A program made the translations under genes and the position numbers. Below are positions 9,106 through 18,022 of a DNA stretch of 64,000 nucleotides, piece by piece. The DNA comes from Alphaproteobacteria bacterium. GTDB taxonomy: Bacteria; Pseudomonadota; Alphaproteobacteria; RF32; CAG-239. The DNA lies in contig JAFUSA010000008.1 in the NCBI GenBank assembly GCA_017480745.1, positions 10,530 to 74,529 on the forward strand. Reading direction: 5' to 3'. The notes below the pieces were generated by a model. The model was not told the DNA's origin and searched no databases. It saw only the letters and a list, made by a program, of their open reading frames with translations. Numbering within the stretch: the first letter of the stretch is position 1; each line of letters starts with the position of its first letter.

Positions 9106-10329
9106 ATGGCAACAATTCATTTAATGGTCGGTTTTATGGGATTTGGTAAAACCACGATTGCAAAACAGTTGGCTAAAACAATTCCGGCGATGCGATTTAC
9201 TCATGATGAATTAATGGTTAAACGTTATGGCCGAAATCCGGATGATTTTCAAACAAAATATAGTATTGTAGATGATGAAATTCGTAACAAAACAGCAAAG
9301 TATATAAAGGAGGGGAAAAGTGTTATTCTTGACTATGGTTTTTGGACACATAAACAACGCGAAGAATATTACAAATGGGCAAAAACTCTAACAGATGAAG
9401 TTATTTTTCATTATGTGTATTGTGATATGAATGTTGCAAAACATAGAATATTGAAGCGAACGGAAGATGATTTATCGGCACTGTATATTGATGAAAATAC
9501 ATTTGATTCTTTGGCACAAAAATATGAGCCATGGAATTATATGGATGGTTATCCGGTTATATTGCACAATTTGCCGACAACAAATTATATCGGTAATCGG
9601 GTTTTGGTGAAAATAGATCGCCCGTTAGGAAGCAAACATCCAAAATTTGGTTTTAAATATCCGGTAAATTATGGTTTTATTCCAAATACAAAATCTGGCG
9701 ATGGTGAAGAATTGGATGCCTATATTTTGATAGAGAACAAACCTTTGAAAAAATATGTGGGGCGGTGTGTTGGTGTTGTGCATCGCACAGATGATAATGA
9801 TGATAAGCTAATTGTTGTGCCAGAAGCGTATGATTTAAAAAATGATCGCATTGAAAAAGATATCGCTTTTCAAGAGAAGTGGTTTAATCATATCTTAATC
9901 AGAAATCCTAAAATTACTAAGACTCATTTTGGCGTTTATGGCAGTATAATCAAAGATGGAAAAATTTTGCTAATTAAAAAAGCGCGCGGTCCTTATACCG
10001 GATTATATGATTTGCCGGGTGGAAGTCAGGAAAAAGGTGAAAGCTATGCAGATACGCTTAAACGAGAAATTATGGAAGAAACAGGGTGTGAGGTTATTAA
10101 AGCTGAAAATGAGCGATTTAAATCTATCATTTTTTCAGATTTTACGATTGAAAGCGGTGAAAAAGGTGTGTTGCAACACGAAGCAATTTTGTATGATGTT
10201 GAAATTAAAGGTGTGCCCAAAACAAATGGTGATGGATTGGATTCTAATGGTGCGGTTTGGGTGCATATTAAAGATCTAACATCGGAAAATGCAACCCCGT
10301 ATGCACTTATAGCTGCCGGATTTCATTGA
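9106..10329 (+). CDS. three-domain fusion: P-loop kinase (AAA_33-like) / family I inorganic pyrophosphatase-like / NUDIX hydrolase
   Basis: Walker A GFMGFGKTT. PPase-like DGEELDAYIL (DxDxxD type) motif. Nudix box GGSQEKGESYADTLKREIMEETG. Confidence 0.55.
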   Translation: MATIHLMVGFMGFGKTTIAKQLAKTIPAMRFTHDELMVKRYGRNPDDFQTKYSIVDDEIRNKTAKYIKEGKSVILDYGFWTHKQREEYYKWAKTLTDEVIFHYVYCDMNVAKHRILKRTEDDLSALYIDENTFDSLAQKYEPWNYMDGYPVILHNLPTTNYIGNRVLVKIDRPLGSKHPKFGFKYPVNYGFIPNTKSGDGEELDAYILIENKPLKKYVGRCVGVVHRTDDNDDKLIVVPEAYDLKNDRIEKDIAFQEKWFNHILIRNPKITKTHFGVYGSIIKDGKILLIKKARGPYTGLYDLPGGSQEKGESYADTLKREIMEETGCEVIKAENERFKSIIFSDFTIESGEKGVLQHEAILYDVEIKGVPKTNGDGLDSNGAVWVHIKDLTSENATPYALIAAGFH

Positions 10330-10405
10330 TATATCTTTCACATATTAAAATCTTGTATTGATTTATGTTCAAAGATTTGTTATTGCCTTAATAAAAGGAA
10401 AATGT

Positions 10406-11467
10406 ATGACAATGGATTATAATTTTTTGAGCAAAGATGATAGCCTATATTTGAAAGGGTTGGCAATTTTATTGATTGTCTTACATAATTTTTTTATTAA
10501 AATACCTCCGGTTACTCTGGCTAACGAATTTTTCTTTCATATTTCTTTTTTGCAAGAAGCATGGAATAATTTTTCCGTTACCGAAAGTTTGAATATAGTG
10601 CTTTCTTTTATCGGCTATGGCGGGATTTATATTTTTTTCTTTTTGAGCGGTTACGGTTTAAGTAAAAAAATGCGCCTTAATGATGATCCGTTTTATGCGA
10701 TTAAAAGAATTTGGCAACTTGAAAAATTATTGCTAATAGGTTTGGTTGTCTATTTGATTTTCAATCCGTTGTCTTTTAATTTTTTACATATAATAAATGC
10801 GCTATCTTTGACAAACAATTTTTTTGTTAAAAATTTGCATCAAATTGAAGGTTCGTGGTGGTTTTTATTTTGTTTGGCGCAATTATATGTGATTTTTTAT
10901 CCGTTGTATCGTTTTATTGGCAAAAATAAAAATAATTTTCTGCTGATTATCTACTTATACGTTATGTTGGCATATATAGGGAGCCCGCTGAGTATATTAT
11001 TGGAAGATGATGAGTTTTTCTATCGCATTTTTATAGGGCATATTCCTGAATTTTGTCTGGGTATTTTTGTGGCAACTTATGAAAATAGTTTGCCGCTTTT
11101 GCAGAATAAAAAAACTTATTTTTATGCACTAACGGTTGGAATAATTATATTTATTCTGTGTCAACTAACTTTTTGGTTGTGGATATTTTCCGGTTTGGCT
11201 TTTGTAGCAATATTTATCAGTTCATATAAACTTTTGAAGGGGTATGTTGCGAATAAATATATCAAATATTTGGGAAAAATAAGCCCTTATGTTTATATAA
11301 TCCATTGCGTCTTGTTATTGCACTTTTTTACCGATATGGTAAAAAACTCGTCGGCGTATGAAAAAATAATGTCATGTGCACTGTGGTTTTGTGTAGTGCT
11401 GCTCGCCGGAGGATTGTTGAGCAAATTATTTGCGTTACCAATATTAAAACGTTGCGGCGATAAATAA
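10406..11467 (+). CDS. acyltransferase family 3 (OatA-like) integral membrane O-acyltransferase
   Basis: Start MTMDYNF after AAAGGAAA. LKGLAILLIVLHNFF motif and ~10 TM helices. Confidence 0.55.
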   Translation: MTMDYNFLSKDDSLYLKGLAILLIVLHNFFIKIPPVTLANEFFFHISFLQEAWNNFSVTESLNIVLSFIGYGGIYIFFFLSGYGLSKKMRLNDDPFYAIKRIWQLEKLLLIGLVVYLIFNPLSFNFLHIINALSLTNNFFVKNLHQIEGSWWFLFCLAQLYVIFYPLYRFIGKNKNNFLLIIYLYVMLAYIGSPLSILLEDDEFFYRIFIGHIPEFCLGIFVATYENSLPLLQNKKTYFYALTVGIIIFILCQLTFWLWIFSGLAFVAIFISSYKLLKGYVANKYIKYLGKISPYVYIIHCVLLLHFFTDMVKNSSAYEKIMSCALWFCVVLLAGGLLSKLFALPILKRCGDK

Positions 11468-11748
11468 CAAAAACACCAGCCGTGGCGGGTGTTTTTGTTG
11501 GATGAGAAAATAAAATTTAAGCAATAAACATTTTATTTATGCTTTATTTTTCTCCTCGTAGTCACTATCACTATCTTCATGCTTTGTCAAAAAATCGCCG
11601 AAAACAGTGAGCAATAAGCCAATAACAGCAAGCTGAATCCAACAATAGCAATTAAAAATCTTTCTCTGCAAATAGTTGTTCATATCCGCTATTTCTCGGG
11701 CTTTAACGAGCAAAGGTTCTCTTTGGCTGACATTAAATTAAACAATAT

Positions 11749-12537
11749 TCACAAGGTCTCAGATTTCTTGTCGGCTATTTTGCACCATTCCGCACTTATT
11801 TTGCGTGGAACTGAAATCGGCCGCCAAGCATAGCGTTCATTTTTTTTCCAAGGTTTTATCACACCATTGTTGATGTCAAACACAACTAATTCTTGTTTGT
11901 CTGTATCAAAGGCCCAATAATCCTCATGAAAATACCAATCGTGAATGCAACATCCTGATTTTCCAAGCGTTTTCAAAAAGAGAGAACTCTCTTCGATATG
12001 CGGCATCATTGCTTGATAATCGTCAACCGATGGAATCGAATAATTCAGCAAATCTGAACCGGCACATTGATAGAAATAATCTATGCGCAAGTGTTCGTAT
12101 TCTCTTAAACCGCCTACATGATGGGAAAGTTTCTTGAGGCTTCTGCCATCTGTCAGCCAGTCTTGCAACTCTGTAAAAGTCAAAGTGTCGGCATGCCAGC
12201 GGCACCAGAATGTCCCATCAATCCATAATCCCCACAAACAGCCTAAACGGTTAATATCAAGAGAAAGGGAAAAAGACAACTCGGTTCCATTACCACATAA
12301 ATAGGCAAACTGAACAGGATTGTGTTTTTCATCATCTTTTCGCAACCACTCAGCATATTCCAACGCATCGCAAACGCTTATGTCGTTTGATACCAATTTG
12401 GCATACATCAAGGCGCTTTCTTCACTGACACCAAGGTCATAAAGTTTTTGAAAAAATTGTTCTTTATCCATAAACACAACACGGCTTTTACGTGTTAGCT
12501 TTCTATTAAGTTTATAATCTATATCTGCATAATTCAA
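11749..12537 (-). CDS. hypothetical protein (start uncertain: TTG at 12537 or ATG at 12471)
   Basis: 262 aa ORF; no recognisable motifs. Confidence 0.35.
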   Translation of the reverse strand: MNYADIDYKLNRKLTRKSRVVFMDKEQFFQKLYDLGVSEESALMYAKLVSNDISVCDALEYAEWLRKDDEKHNPVQFAYLCGNGTELSFSLSLDINRLGCLWGLWIDGTFWCRWHADTLTFTELQDWLTDGRSLKKLSHHVGGLREYEHLRIDYFYQCAGSDLLNYSIPSVDDYQAMMPHIEESSLFLKTLGKSGCCIHDWYFHEDYWAFDTDKQELVVFDINNGVIKPWKKNERYAWRPISVPRKISAEWCKIADKKSETL

Positions 12538-12587
12538 TTATGCGTACATGATATATGAAAAATTTTTATTTAGCAAGCTTTTTTATT

Positions 12588-12850
12588 TGACTTTTAGATT
12601 TTTTATGGTAGTATAGAAACAGAACTTCGGTTCGGAGCCTTCATAAGCTCTTATTAATTCCGATGCCTTGCATCGTTAATAGACATGATAAATATCTCCG
12701 ACATGGTTGGGGAGCGTTTTGCGGATGTTCAGGGTGTTAGCCTAAAGGTAAGACGGATCATTTGAATTAATATGGTTTATGAACTCTCCCGACCGCCGTT
12801 TGGCGGTTAGATTTTTATTAATATATAACTTTAACTTAGGAGATAAAATT
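12588..12850 (+). promoter_or_regulatory. class-A pilin-cassette promoter (TTGACT..TGGTAGTAT) + ~230-nt conserved structured 5' leader ending in terminator-like hairpin GACCGCCGTTTGGCGGT + U-run
   Basis: Near-identical to leaders at 35296..35555(-), 40133..40519, 46082..46350 and 62657..62924(-). Internal hairpin CUCCGAC/GUUGGGG shows compensatory changes between copies. Confidence 0.7.
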
Positions 12851-13669
12851 ATGAGAAATTTAGAAATAAAAAATAATGATTGCCACGCTGCGCTCGCAAT
12901 GACGAAAAGCGTGCAGTCCGGACGCTCACTTCTTCCGGAGAGTGGTGCAGATGCGCCGACTGTTTTGAGCGCCGTGTACACAGATAGTACACCAGCGAAA
13001 AACAGGCAAGCAGATGTGCCGCAATACGGGAGAAGTATGATAGAAATGTTGGGTGTGTTGGCCATAATCGGTGTTTTATCGGTTGGCGGAATCGCCGGAT
13101 ATAGTAAGGCGATGACTAAATATCGCATCAATAAAACCATTGAGCAGGTAACCCTTATTGCCGGTAATGTGCGTGCCTTTTGGGGACCACAGAAGAATTA
13201 TGAAGGGGTGTGTTGTAATGGAGGTGATTGCAACGCCTCCGGTTGCTATGGGCATTCCGGCGTTGATGCAAACGGATATCTTACCGCTGATTACAATGGC
13301 TGTCCGATAGTTAAAAAAGCCAAAATATTCCCTGATGAAATGATTACTGTAACTGATGGCAAGATTATGTCTATTAGCAATCCTTTCGGTGGTGGGGTTA
13401 GTTTAAATCAAACGAGTAAAAGTTATAGTGATAATGATAACAAAGCCTTTATTATCGAACTTTATAATATCCCAGAAGAAGCGTGTATTGAATTAGCTAC
13501 TTATGATTGGACAGTTGCCGGAGCAGATATAATAGGTTGGGAATATGCGGATATAACATACACAAAAGTTCCGCTTGATTTGGAAACCGCGGTTAAACAA
13601 TGTGAAGAATCTCATGATTTTTTTACCTTTGTGTTTGATGCAGATACGGTTTCATGGATGAATAACTAA
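12851..13669 (+). CDS. type IV pilin-like protein (prepilin-type N-terminus; long 57-aa leader peptide with in-frame 37-codon insertion), paralog 1
   Basis: Start at ATG after AGGAGATAAAATT. Motifs ...YGRS|MIEMLGVLAIIGVLSVGGIAGY (G-1, E+5), KKAKIFPDEM, PEEACIELATYDW, and C-terminal Cys (AVKQCEES). Confidence 0.7.
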   Translation: MRNLEIKNNDCHAALAMTKSVQSGRSLLPESGADAPTVLSAVYTDSTPAKNRQADVPQYGRSMIEMLGVLAIIGVLSVGGIAGYSKAMTKYRINKTIEQVTLIAGNVRAFWGPQKNYEGVCCNGGDCNASGCYGHSGVDANGYLTADYNGCPIVKKAKIFPDEMITVTDGKIMSISNPFGGGVSLNQTSKSYSDNDNKAFIIELYNIPEEACIELATYDWTVAGADIIGWEYADITYTKVPLDLETAVKQCEESHDFFTFVFDADTVSWMNN

Positions 13670-13674
13670 ATATC

Positions 13675-13707
13675 CGCCGGCTCGAGTGAGTCGGCGGTTA
13701 CTTTTCA
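13675..13707 (+). terminator. conserved cassette terminator CCGCCGGCTCGAGTGAGTCGGCGG + T-run
   Basis: The same hairpin recurs after the pilin-like genes at 41247 and 47135. Confidence 0.65.
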
Positions 13708-13715
13708 ATAATCGA

Positions 13716-14411
13716 TTATTGATTTATGTTAAACCAATGTACAGCAGCGGCACATTGCTCTTCCGTTTTGCCTTTTACACGGCAACGATTAACTTCTATT
13801 ACCGGAGTTTTATCCATAGTATAGCAACCATTTCCCAAAAGCATGGTGTCTATGTATGTCCGCACACCAGGATTAACCTGCACCATTTGCACATTAGTGC
13901 TGATTTCCGGCCATTTTAGTTTCAGGCTTATATTGCTTAATTTTTCTGTCATATCATTCAAAACATACAATCTGAAAGAGCAGCGAACCATATTATCCAT
14001 TCCCTTTTCCAACTTGTAGTTATCATAATATACAAGAATTTTGCGGTTGTCATCATCGTTTTCAAATACAACTCCGTCATCATCAAAACGAATTTCAAAA
14101 ACGGTCCCTAAACTGTTATCATATTTTTTTTCGTCATCATCTTTGTTGCGACCGAAGCTACCCAAAGTATTTTTTGCTGGTGTCAAAACTTCGTAGTCCG
14201 TTTCTTCCTCCACCACATTTTCATCTTCTGCAGCTGAGTTTTGCAAACTTTCCATTGTTTGACGCAAAGGCTTATCTGTGCCAATACGGCGGTTAACAGC
14301 CGGCTCCGTCTTTTTTGCCGACGGAGCAGAGCCGGGAGCGAATGTTTGCGCCGTTGCCGCACCGCAAACAAAAGCACTCATCAAAAAATAAAGTAACGCC
14401 AGTTTTTTCAT
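13716..14411 (-). CDS. secreted hypothetical protein (paralog of 14420..15124; shared Cys-containing domain at the C-terminus)
   Basis: Signal peptide MKKLALLYFLMSAFVCGAATA. CSFRLYVLNDMTEKLSNISLKLKW and VNRCRVKG match CSFILTVYNRMAEEITEATMNLKW and VNNCIVAG in the neighbour. Confidence 0.5.
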   Translation of the reverse strand: MKKLALLYFLMSAFVCGAATAQTFAPGSAPSAKKTEPAVNRRIGTDKPLRQTMESLQNSAAEDENVVEEETDYEVLTPAKNTLGSFGRNKDDDEKKYDNSLGTVFEIRFDDDGVVFENDDDNRKILVYYDNYKLEKGMDNMVRCSFRLYVLNDMTEKLSNISLKLKWPEISTNVQMVQVNPGVRTYIDTMLLGNGCYTMDKTPVIEVNRCRVKGKTEEQCAAAVHWFNINQ

Positions 14412-14419
14412 AAAAAACC

Positions 14420-15124
14420 CTATTTAATTTTATTTAAAGTATCTTCAATTTTTTGCAACTGCATTACGGTTTCACCATAAACACCGTCAATGGCTTCAAC
14501 CTGTTTTTCTTCCGCAGTAGTAGCCTGTTTTTCCAAAACACTGTCCGGAGTATCTTTGAATTCGGAATAATATTCAGGATTTTGCGAATTTATGTAATCA
14601 AACTTGTTGTTACAGCTTCCGCCCTGCAAACTAACCTTACTGTCTTTACCCATAATCTTTTCACCGGCTACAATACAATTATTAACCGTGTATTCCAAAT
14701 TGTCAAACAACAAAAAACACTTATTGGTTTCTACAAAACCTTGAAAACTGCGTTGAACATGCGGCGGAACAGTATCGATTGACATTTCTTTTTCCACAAC
14801 CTGCAAAGACTCTTTGGCATCTTTGCTTTCCACATTATCGCCGACAATTTTATATCTGTCTTCAATAGTATCTTTCCATTTAAGATTCATCGTTGCTTCG
14901 GTAATTTCCTCAGCCATACGGTTATAAACGGTTAAAATGAAAGAACATTTTTCGGTTATACCGTCTTCATTGGCAACCGGCTTAATATTTTCAATTCTAA
15001 ACAAAATAGCGTCTTCTTGTGAAGTTTCCGCCGTATCTGCCGCCAAAGCCGCACTTGAAGTAACAGTCATAATTCCCAAAACCGCACTCAATGCCATCAA
15101 CTTATTTGCAAAACTCATATTCAT
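14420..15124 (-). CDS. secreted hypothetical protein (paralog of 13716..14411; shared domain N-terminal)
   Basis: Start MNMSFANK after GGAGTA. Signal peptide ..SSAALAADTA. Confidence 0.5.
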   Translation of the reverse strand: MNMSFANKLMALSAVLGIMTVTSSAALAADTAETSQEDAILFRIENIKPVANEDGITEKCSFILTVYNRMAEEITEATMNLKWKDTIEDRYKIVGDNVESKDAKESLQVVEKEMSIDTVPPHVQRSFQGFVETNKCFLLFDNLEYTVNNCIVAGEKIMGKDSKVSLQGGSCNNKFDYINSQNPEYYSEFKDTPDSVLEKQATTAEEKQVEAIDGVYGETVMQLQKIEDTLNKIK

Positions 15125-15198
15125 TACTCCATAAGTATTAAAATCTATTCGCATACTAACACAGTATTATTTAATTTTTGTTAAATTTTCACAAAAAA

Positions 15199-15981
15199 CT
15201 ATATCTCCGTCAATTTTCTTTGCAAACGCATAAAATCACTCCAAGATTTTGCTTTTTGGTTTGGTGTGCGCAACAAAAATGCCGGATGATAGGTTGATAA
15301 TGTAGGAATTACCTTGCCTTGCGAAGTGGTATAATCCGTAAAATGACCACGCAGAGACGATATAGAATCAACATTTTCTAAAACAGCGTTAGCAGCACTT
15401 CCTCCCAACAAAATAATAACCTTAGGATCAACCAACTCAATTTGCCGGCGCAAAAACGGTAAACACACCGCAACTTCGCCATCTGTTGGGGTTCTGTTTC
15501 CGGGAGGTCGCCATGGCAATATATTGGAAATAAAGCAATCTTCTCGTTTTAAGCCGATAGCAGCAATCATTTTATCCAAAAGGCCACCGCTTTTGCCGAC
15601 AAAAGGTTTACCTTCTCTATCTTCATCTGCTCCCGGAGCTTCACCAATAAACATAACAGCGGCGTTTGGATTACCATAGCCGAAAACCGTTGAATTAGCC
15701 GAAAATTTGAGTGAACAACCGTCAAAACTTTCCACAGCTTTTTTTAATTCCGACAAATTATTTGCTTTGGCGCAAAGCTCACGTGCATTCAAGCGTGCAC
15801 TATCATTTGCCTGTGCCAAATCGGTTATCGCCGGACGCATTGCCGCAACAACCGGTACCTTCCGCACAACCTTATTTTCTGGCAAAGGCGGTGTATCAAG
15901 CGCATTAAACGTTTCATCGGCGCAAATATCTTCTACTCCGGCTAAAACATACCATTTAATAACTTCGGCCAAATTTTCCAT
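15199..15981 (-). CDS. uracil-DNA glycosylase, family 4
   Basis: Motif FIGEAPGADEDREGKPFVGKSGGLL, a C-terminal HPS-type motif (YHPAFLLR), and an N-terminal extension. Confidence 0.75.
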   Translation of the reverse strand: MENLAEVIKWYVLAGVEDICADETFNALDTPPLPENKVVRKVPVVAAMRPAITDLAQANDSARLNARELCAKANNLSELKKAVESFDGCSLKFSANSTVFGYGNPNAAVMFIGEAPGADEDREGKPFVGKSGGLLDKMIAAIGLKREDCFISNILPWRPPGNRTPTDGEVAVCLPFLRRQIELVDPKVIILLGGSAANAVLENVDSISSLRGHFTDYTTSQGKVIPTLSTYHPAFLLRTPNQKAKSWSDFMRLQRKLTEI

Positions 15982-16103
15982 AAAAAAAACCTTCCAACGC
16001 TATTATATACAAAATACCCACCTTTGCAACAAAAAGAGTGTTTTTATTCATTGACAATATTTATATATGTATTATAAATAGTCATAATTGGGGATTCAAG
16101 GTT

Positions 16104-17954
16104 ATGAAAAATATTATGATAAAATCAATATTGTTAATTGCCACGGTATCAGCCATTGCGTTGGCTTGTTCGGAAAATATTTTTCACCGCGACGACGGCG
16201 AATATATAAAGCCGGAGTTTGATGAAAACGGCTATTGGAAAACAGATGGTTTTGTGGTTAAGAAAAACAGTGATGAAACATTTTCCTATTATGGCACAAA
16301 TTCGTTATATGGCGCTTATTTGGCGGCAAACATTGCTAACCATCGGCAAGATTTTGATAATGCTGCGGAATATTATAAAATAGTGGCGCAAAAAGACAGT
16401 GAAAACGCTAATGTAAATCGCGCTGTTTATTTACTTTTGTCCTCTATGGGACAATTAGATAAAGCTGCTCCTTTTGCTCGTAAGGAAATTGAAGCAGGAG
16501 CTAAAAACACCATTGCTCCGCTGATTGTTGCTGTTAATGACGCTGCCGAAGGCAACTATCCTAAAATGCGAGAGAATGTAGCATTGCTTGAAGGAGATAT
16601 TTATCGTATTTTAGTTATTCCTATGTTTAACGCATGGGCTTATGCCGGCGAAAAAAAAGAAAAAGAAGCTATTGCCGAAATTGAAAAAATAGCAGTTGAT
16701 CGCTCAATGGAACCGTTAACATTGTTCCACAAGGCCATGATTTATGACTATCTTGGCAACACGCAAAAAGCGGCGCAAGCCTATGAAACCATTGCACAAA
16801 AATACCCCAAAGACGTTACTTTTCGGATGTTGGAGATAATTTCTGATTTTTACGCTCGCAGTGGCGATAAAGAATCGGCGCACAAGATTTCGGCACGTTA
16901 TAACGACAACTCTATACTTTCCTTACTATTGGAAAATATTGATAAACAAATAGACAGCAAAACAAAAGATTCTCCAGCAATTATCAACACTCCGCAAAAA
17001 GGTTTGGCCGAAGCCTTGTTTAATATAGGCACATTGTTCAGAATATCGCCAAATATGGCGGAAATGGCACAACTGTATTTATCCGCCTCCTCTTTTTTGA
17101 ATCCGCAATATGATGTGGCGCAAATTGCCATGGCTAATGTTTTAGAAGAATTAGGACTATATAAAGAAGCGAATCGATACTACGAAAAAATAAACAAAGA
17201 TTCCGGTTCATATTTTATTGCAAAAATGAAATTGGTAGAAAATCTAAATACTTTGAAAGAATATAATAAAGCCGAAGAACAGTTGCGTTTGCTCTTAAAA
17301 GATTATCCGGAAAACACTCAACTTTTGTGTGACTTGGGTAATATTTATATGAACATGAACAACTACGATGAAGCCATTAAACTATACAAACAAGCTCTGC
17401 AATATAACAACAAAGAATGGCTGGTATATTATGCTTTGGGTGCCGCATACGAAAAAATAAACAAAGATGATTTGGCAATAGAAAACTTAAAAGAGGCTCT
17501 GCATTTGAGCCAACGTAATCCGAATGTTTTAAATTATTTGGGCTATAAATGGTTGGAATCCGGTCAAAACACTGACGAAGCCGTCCGAATGATTATTGAA
17601 GCATACCAAAAATCGCCGTTTGAGGGGCATATTATTGATAGTATCGGGTGGATGTATTATCGCTTGGGCAACTATAAAAAAGCAATAGAGTTTTTAGAAC
17701 AGGCAAGTGATATGAATCCGGGAAACGCTGTAATCAATGATCATTTAGGCGATGCTTATTGGTTTGGCGGACGCAAAAACGAGGCCGTTTTTCAATGGAA
17801 GCATGCGTTGGTACTTAAAGAAGACGCCGATCAAATAAATAAAGATGTTATTAACGCAAAAATAGAAGACGGAAAAATAGAAAATAAAGTATTGCAAACA
17901 ACCGATAAAACTTTATCCGGAATATTGCAAAAATTATCGGTCAACAACGATTAA
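16104..17954 (+). CDS. TPR-repeat lipoprotein
   Basis: Start MKNIMIK. Lipobox IALAC|S. Multiple TPR-like repeats (AYETIAQKYPKD, LGNIYMNMNNYDEAIKLYKQALQYN ...). Confidence 0.6.
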   Translation: MKNIMIKSILLIATVSAIALACSENIFHRDDGEYIKPEFDENGYWKTDGFVVKKNSDETFSYYGTNSLYGAYLAANIANHRQDFDNAAEYYKIVAQKDSENANVNRAVYLLLSSMGQLDKAAPFARKEIEAGAKNTIAPLIVAVNDAAEGNYPKMRENVALLEGDIYRILVIPMFNAWAYAGEKKEKEAIAEIEKIAVDRSMEPLTLFHKAMIYDYLGNTQKAAQAYETIAQKYPKDVTFRMLEIISDFYARSGDKESAHKISARYNDNSILSLLLENIDKQIDSKTKDSPAIINTPQKGLAEALFNIGTLFRISPNMAEMAQLYLSASSFLNPQYDVAQIAMANVLEELGLYKEANRYYEKINKDSGSYFIAKMKLVENLNTLKEYNKAEEQLRLLLKDYPENTQLLCDLGNIYMNMNNYDEAIKLYKQALQYNNKEWLVYYALGAAYEKINKDDLAIENLKEALHLSQRNPNVLNYLGYKWLESGQNTDEAVRMIIEAYQKSPFEGHIIDSIGWMYYRLGNYKKAIEFLEQASDMNPGNAVINDHLGDAYWFGGRKNEAVFQWKHALVLKEDADQINKDVINAKIEDGKIENKVLQTTDKTLSGILQKLSVNND

Positions 17955-18022
17955 TTTGCCGGAAAATATCTGCTTATTACTTCATTCATCATAAATGAAG
18001 TTGGTGTTTTTTGTTTTTTTGT

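Noticed and set aside
12779-12850. Upstream extensions of the pilin-like ORFs (12779, 18220, 61982..62698, 28368..29114 tracks)
   Set aside because: The extensions run into the conserved leader RNA. Each has a clear SD-ATG (AGGAGATAAA..ATG) further in, and the extensions are not conserved as protein.
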